Origin: Terriglobia bacterium
GTDB taxonomy: Bacteria > Acidobacteriota > Terriglobia > Versatilivoradales > Versatilivoraceae
Length of the DNA stretch: 24,000 bases
Direction: 5' to 3'
Assembly: GCA_963663845.2 (NCBI GenBank)
Contig: OY760650.2
Location: forward strand, 1,468,927-1,492,926
Part shown: positions 22,498 to 24,000 of the stretch, in pieces
How the letters are laid out: each line of letters begins with the position of its first letter
Numbering within the stretch: the first letter of the stretch is position 1
Translations under genes and position numbers: made by a program
Notes under the pieces: model-generated
Told to the model about the DNA's origin: nothing
The model's database searches: none
What the model saw: the letters and a program-made list of their open reading frames with translations, nothing else

Positions 22498-22556
22498 ACG
22501 GCCAAGCGGCCGATTTTCCTTGCTCGCTTCCTTGTGAATTTGTAGGCCGTTTACCC

Positions 22557-22878
22557 GGTGTTTTTCGTAAAGGATGATTGCGGTTTGTACCCCCGATCAC
22601 CCCTCCTCGAGGAGTAAGAGTGATGGGAGGAGGCCATCCGGGAGCGCGGGCGTCCCGCCCGCATCCTCTCCCCTGGGTCGCCGCTCAGTTTCCCTGCGAT
22701 GCGGCGCCCGGCCACCCTGCCGGCGGGAACCGCATGGGCCCGACCAAAGTAGTGCCAGGGCGTCGTTTCCGCGCGATCCGACTGGGGGAGATGGGCGAGA
22801 CTGTGCCGGGATTTATGCGGGCGGGACGCCCGCGCTCCCGGGGGTTGTCCTTCCGACGAATTTTGCAAAAGGCTCAAC
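22557..22878 (+). repeat. Uninterrupted composite repeat: family E fragment, then two inverted H arms ~150 nt apart, then a TTTTGCAAAAGGCTC box
   Basis: GGTGTTTTTCGTAAAGGATGATTGCGG (22557-22583) is the family E tail. H arm L, CCGGGAGCGCGGGCGTCCCGCCCGCAT, is at 22638-22664. H arm R, ATGCGGGCGGGACGCCCGCGCTCCCGG, is at 22815-22841 and is the exact reverse complement. GGTTGTCCTTCCGACGAATTTTGCAAAAGGCTC then runs to 22875. Confidence 0.8.
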
Positions 22879-22923
22879 AGATTACAAGGGGCGAAACGTC
22901 CGTCTGGCACTACCGTCCTGAAA

Positions 22924-22960
22924 CAAAAAAAGCCAGGCAGCCGAAGATCGACTGCCTGGC
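22924..22960 (-). terminator. Rho-independent terminator of the TonB-dependent receptor gene
   Basis: The minus strand reads GCCAGGCAG-TCGATCTTCGG-CTGCCTGGC followed by TTTTTTTGTTTC. The stem is a perfect 9 bp and lies 24 nt after the stop at 22984. Confidence 0.8.
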
Positions 22961-22983
22961 GTGAAAAGGACTTCCTGGGCTTG

Positions 22984-24000
22984 CTAGAAGCCGAGACGCA
23001 AGCGGAAGAATACTCTCCGAGTGTGCCAACTGGCGGCATACTGCCCGAATCTCGGATCATTGAAGGTCAGAGAATTGGGCCCGCTGGGGTTGGTGTGGTT
23101 CAGCACGTTGGTGATATAGGCCTCCAGCTTGAAATAGGGGCCATTCTCGTAAGGCGTCAACGGGAACACCTTGAAGACGTTCATGTTGAACTGAGGATCC
23201 CGCGGCTGGTGCAAGAGGCCCCGGGTTGCCGTTCCGTAGGTTCCACTCCGCGGAATGCTGAAGCAGGAGGAGTTCCAATAGGAAGTGTAGGGAACGGTGT
23301 TGTCCCCGAATCCGTTGGGGTTGCAGCCCGGCTGAATGTCCGGACGGCCTCCCGAACGGCCGACGTTGGGTGAATCGAAACCCCCGAAATTCGGGGTGCT
23401 GCGGCCGCCCATGTTCATGGTGAGGATAGGCGTCACCGTCCACTGGCTGACCAACTGGTTGATCACGCCAGAGGCGCCCGAGAGGTACCGCTGTCCCTTG
23501 CCGAGGGGCAAGGAATAGACGGCCACCAAGCGAGACCGGAAGGGAAGGTTGCCATCCGTCCAGCCCTTGTCGCGGGAGCGGTTGTAGGGATCCTCGGTGG
23601 CGAAGCCGCCGGGACCCACCCAGCCGAACCGACCGCCTTCGACGTCATTGATAATGGACCGGTACTCGGCCCAGGCCCGAAGATAGAGGCCGCTGGAGAA
23701 CTGCCGCAGCAACTCGGCTTCCCAACCGTGGTAGTTGGAGTTTCCACCCAGGCGGTAGTCGGTGATGGAAGCGTAGGGTTCCGCCCCGAAGACCTTGCGG
23801 GACGCCGTGAAGGGAATGGTGCTGGCCCGGGGGATCTGCACGTTGACGTTGTAGGGCCAATGGGTCCCCTTGGAGGCCACGTAGGAAAGTCGCCCGGTCA
23901 TGCCGCTGCCCAGCTCCCTCTCGAGGGTGAGGTTCCACTGCTTGTCGGTGGGCCAGTTCTCGGTGCGGGTGTTGAGCAGAATGGCTCTCACACTCTGCAG
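22984..24000 (-). CDS. TonB-dependent receptor / outer-membrane beta-barrel protein, C-terminal part (gene continues past the window end)
   Basis: The frame stays open through 24000 (upstream codons read L-Q-S). Alternating beta-strand pattern is seen in GRLSYVASKGTHWPYNVNV, YHGWEAELLRQFSSGLYLRAWAEY and LVAVYSLPLGKG. The C-terminal sequence FFRLRLGF ends in a terminal aromatic residue, typical of OM barrels. Confidence 0.8.
   Translation of the reverse strand: MQSVRAILLNTRTENWPTDKQWNLTLERELGSGMTGRLSYVASKGTHWPYNVNVQIPRASTIPFTASRKVFGAEPYASITDYRLGGNSNYHGWEAELLRQFSSGLYLRAWAEYRSIINDVEGGRFGWVGPGGFATEDPYNRSRDKGWTDGNLPFRSRLVAVYSLPLGKGQRYLSGASGVINQLVSQWTVTPILTMNMGGRSTPNFGGFDSPNVGRSGGRPDIQPGCNPNGFGDNTVPYTSYWNSSCFSIPRSGTYGTATRGLLHQPRDPQFNMNVFKVFPLTPYENGPYFKLEAYITNVLNHTNPSGPNSLTFNDPRFGQYAASWHTRRVFFRLRLGF

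Noticed and set aside
397-22841. Recurring GC hairpin repeats as a possible CRISPR array
   Set aside because: The copies are kilobases apart, irregularly spaced and in both orientations. They are fused to other repeat blocks rather than to unique spacers of uniform length. No cas genes are present.

Overview
High-GC bacterial chromosomal window. The gene content looks typical of Acidobacteriota or PVC-group genomes, but that taxonomy is a guess from gene families only. The left ~6 kb is housekeeping. On the minus strand it holds an O-antigen-ligase-like membrane protein (partial), a SAM methyltransferase, a tRNA-dihydrouridine synthase and a TPR protein. On the plus strand it holds ispG and a DUF3108 protein. 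The remaining ~18 kb is dominated by two head-to-tail copies of a three-gene minus-strand module: a secreted Ig/PPC-like protein, then a DUF1549/DUF1553 'planctomycete cytochrome'-type protein, then a Tat-exported DUF1501 protein. Both copies lie downstream of a TonB-dependent receptor gene (partial, right edge). The downstream copy is split between gene 1 and gene 2 by ~4.2 kb. That insert carries a group II intron with an intact RT/maturase and an IS110-family element, both co-oriented with the operon. Nearly every intergenic region contains a mosaic of short interspersed repeats. These are built around a GC hairpin (GCGGGCG-N3-CGCCCGC) and arrays of 9-10 nt GTG-containing units. The intron sits exactly 3' of one such hairpin, and an uninterrupted paralogous element in the same window supplies the empty site. 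I saw no rRNA, tRNA or CRISPR array. The long ORFs antisense to the real genes are treated as high-GC shadow ORFs.
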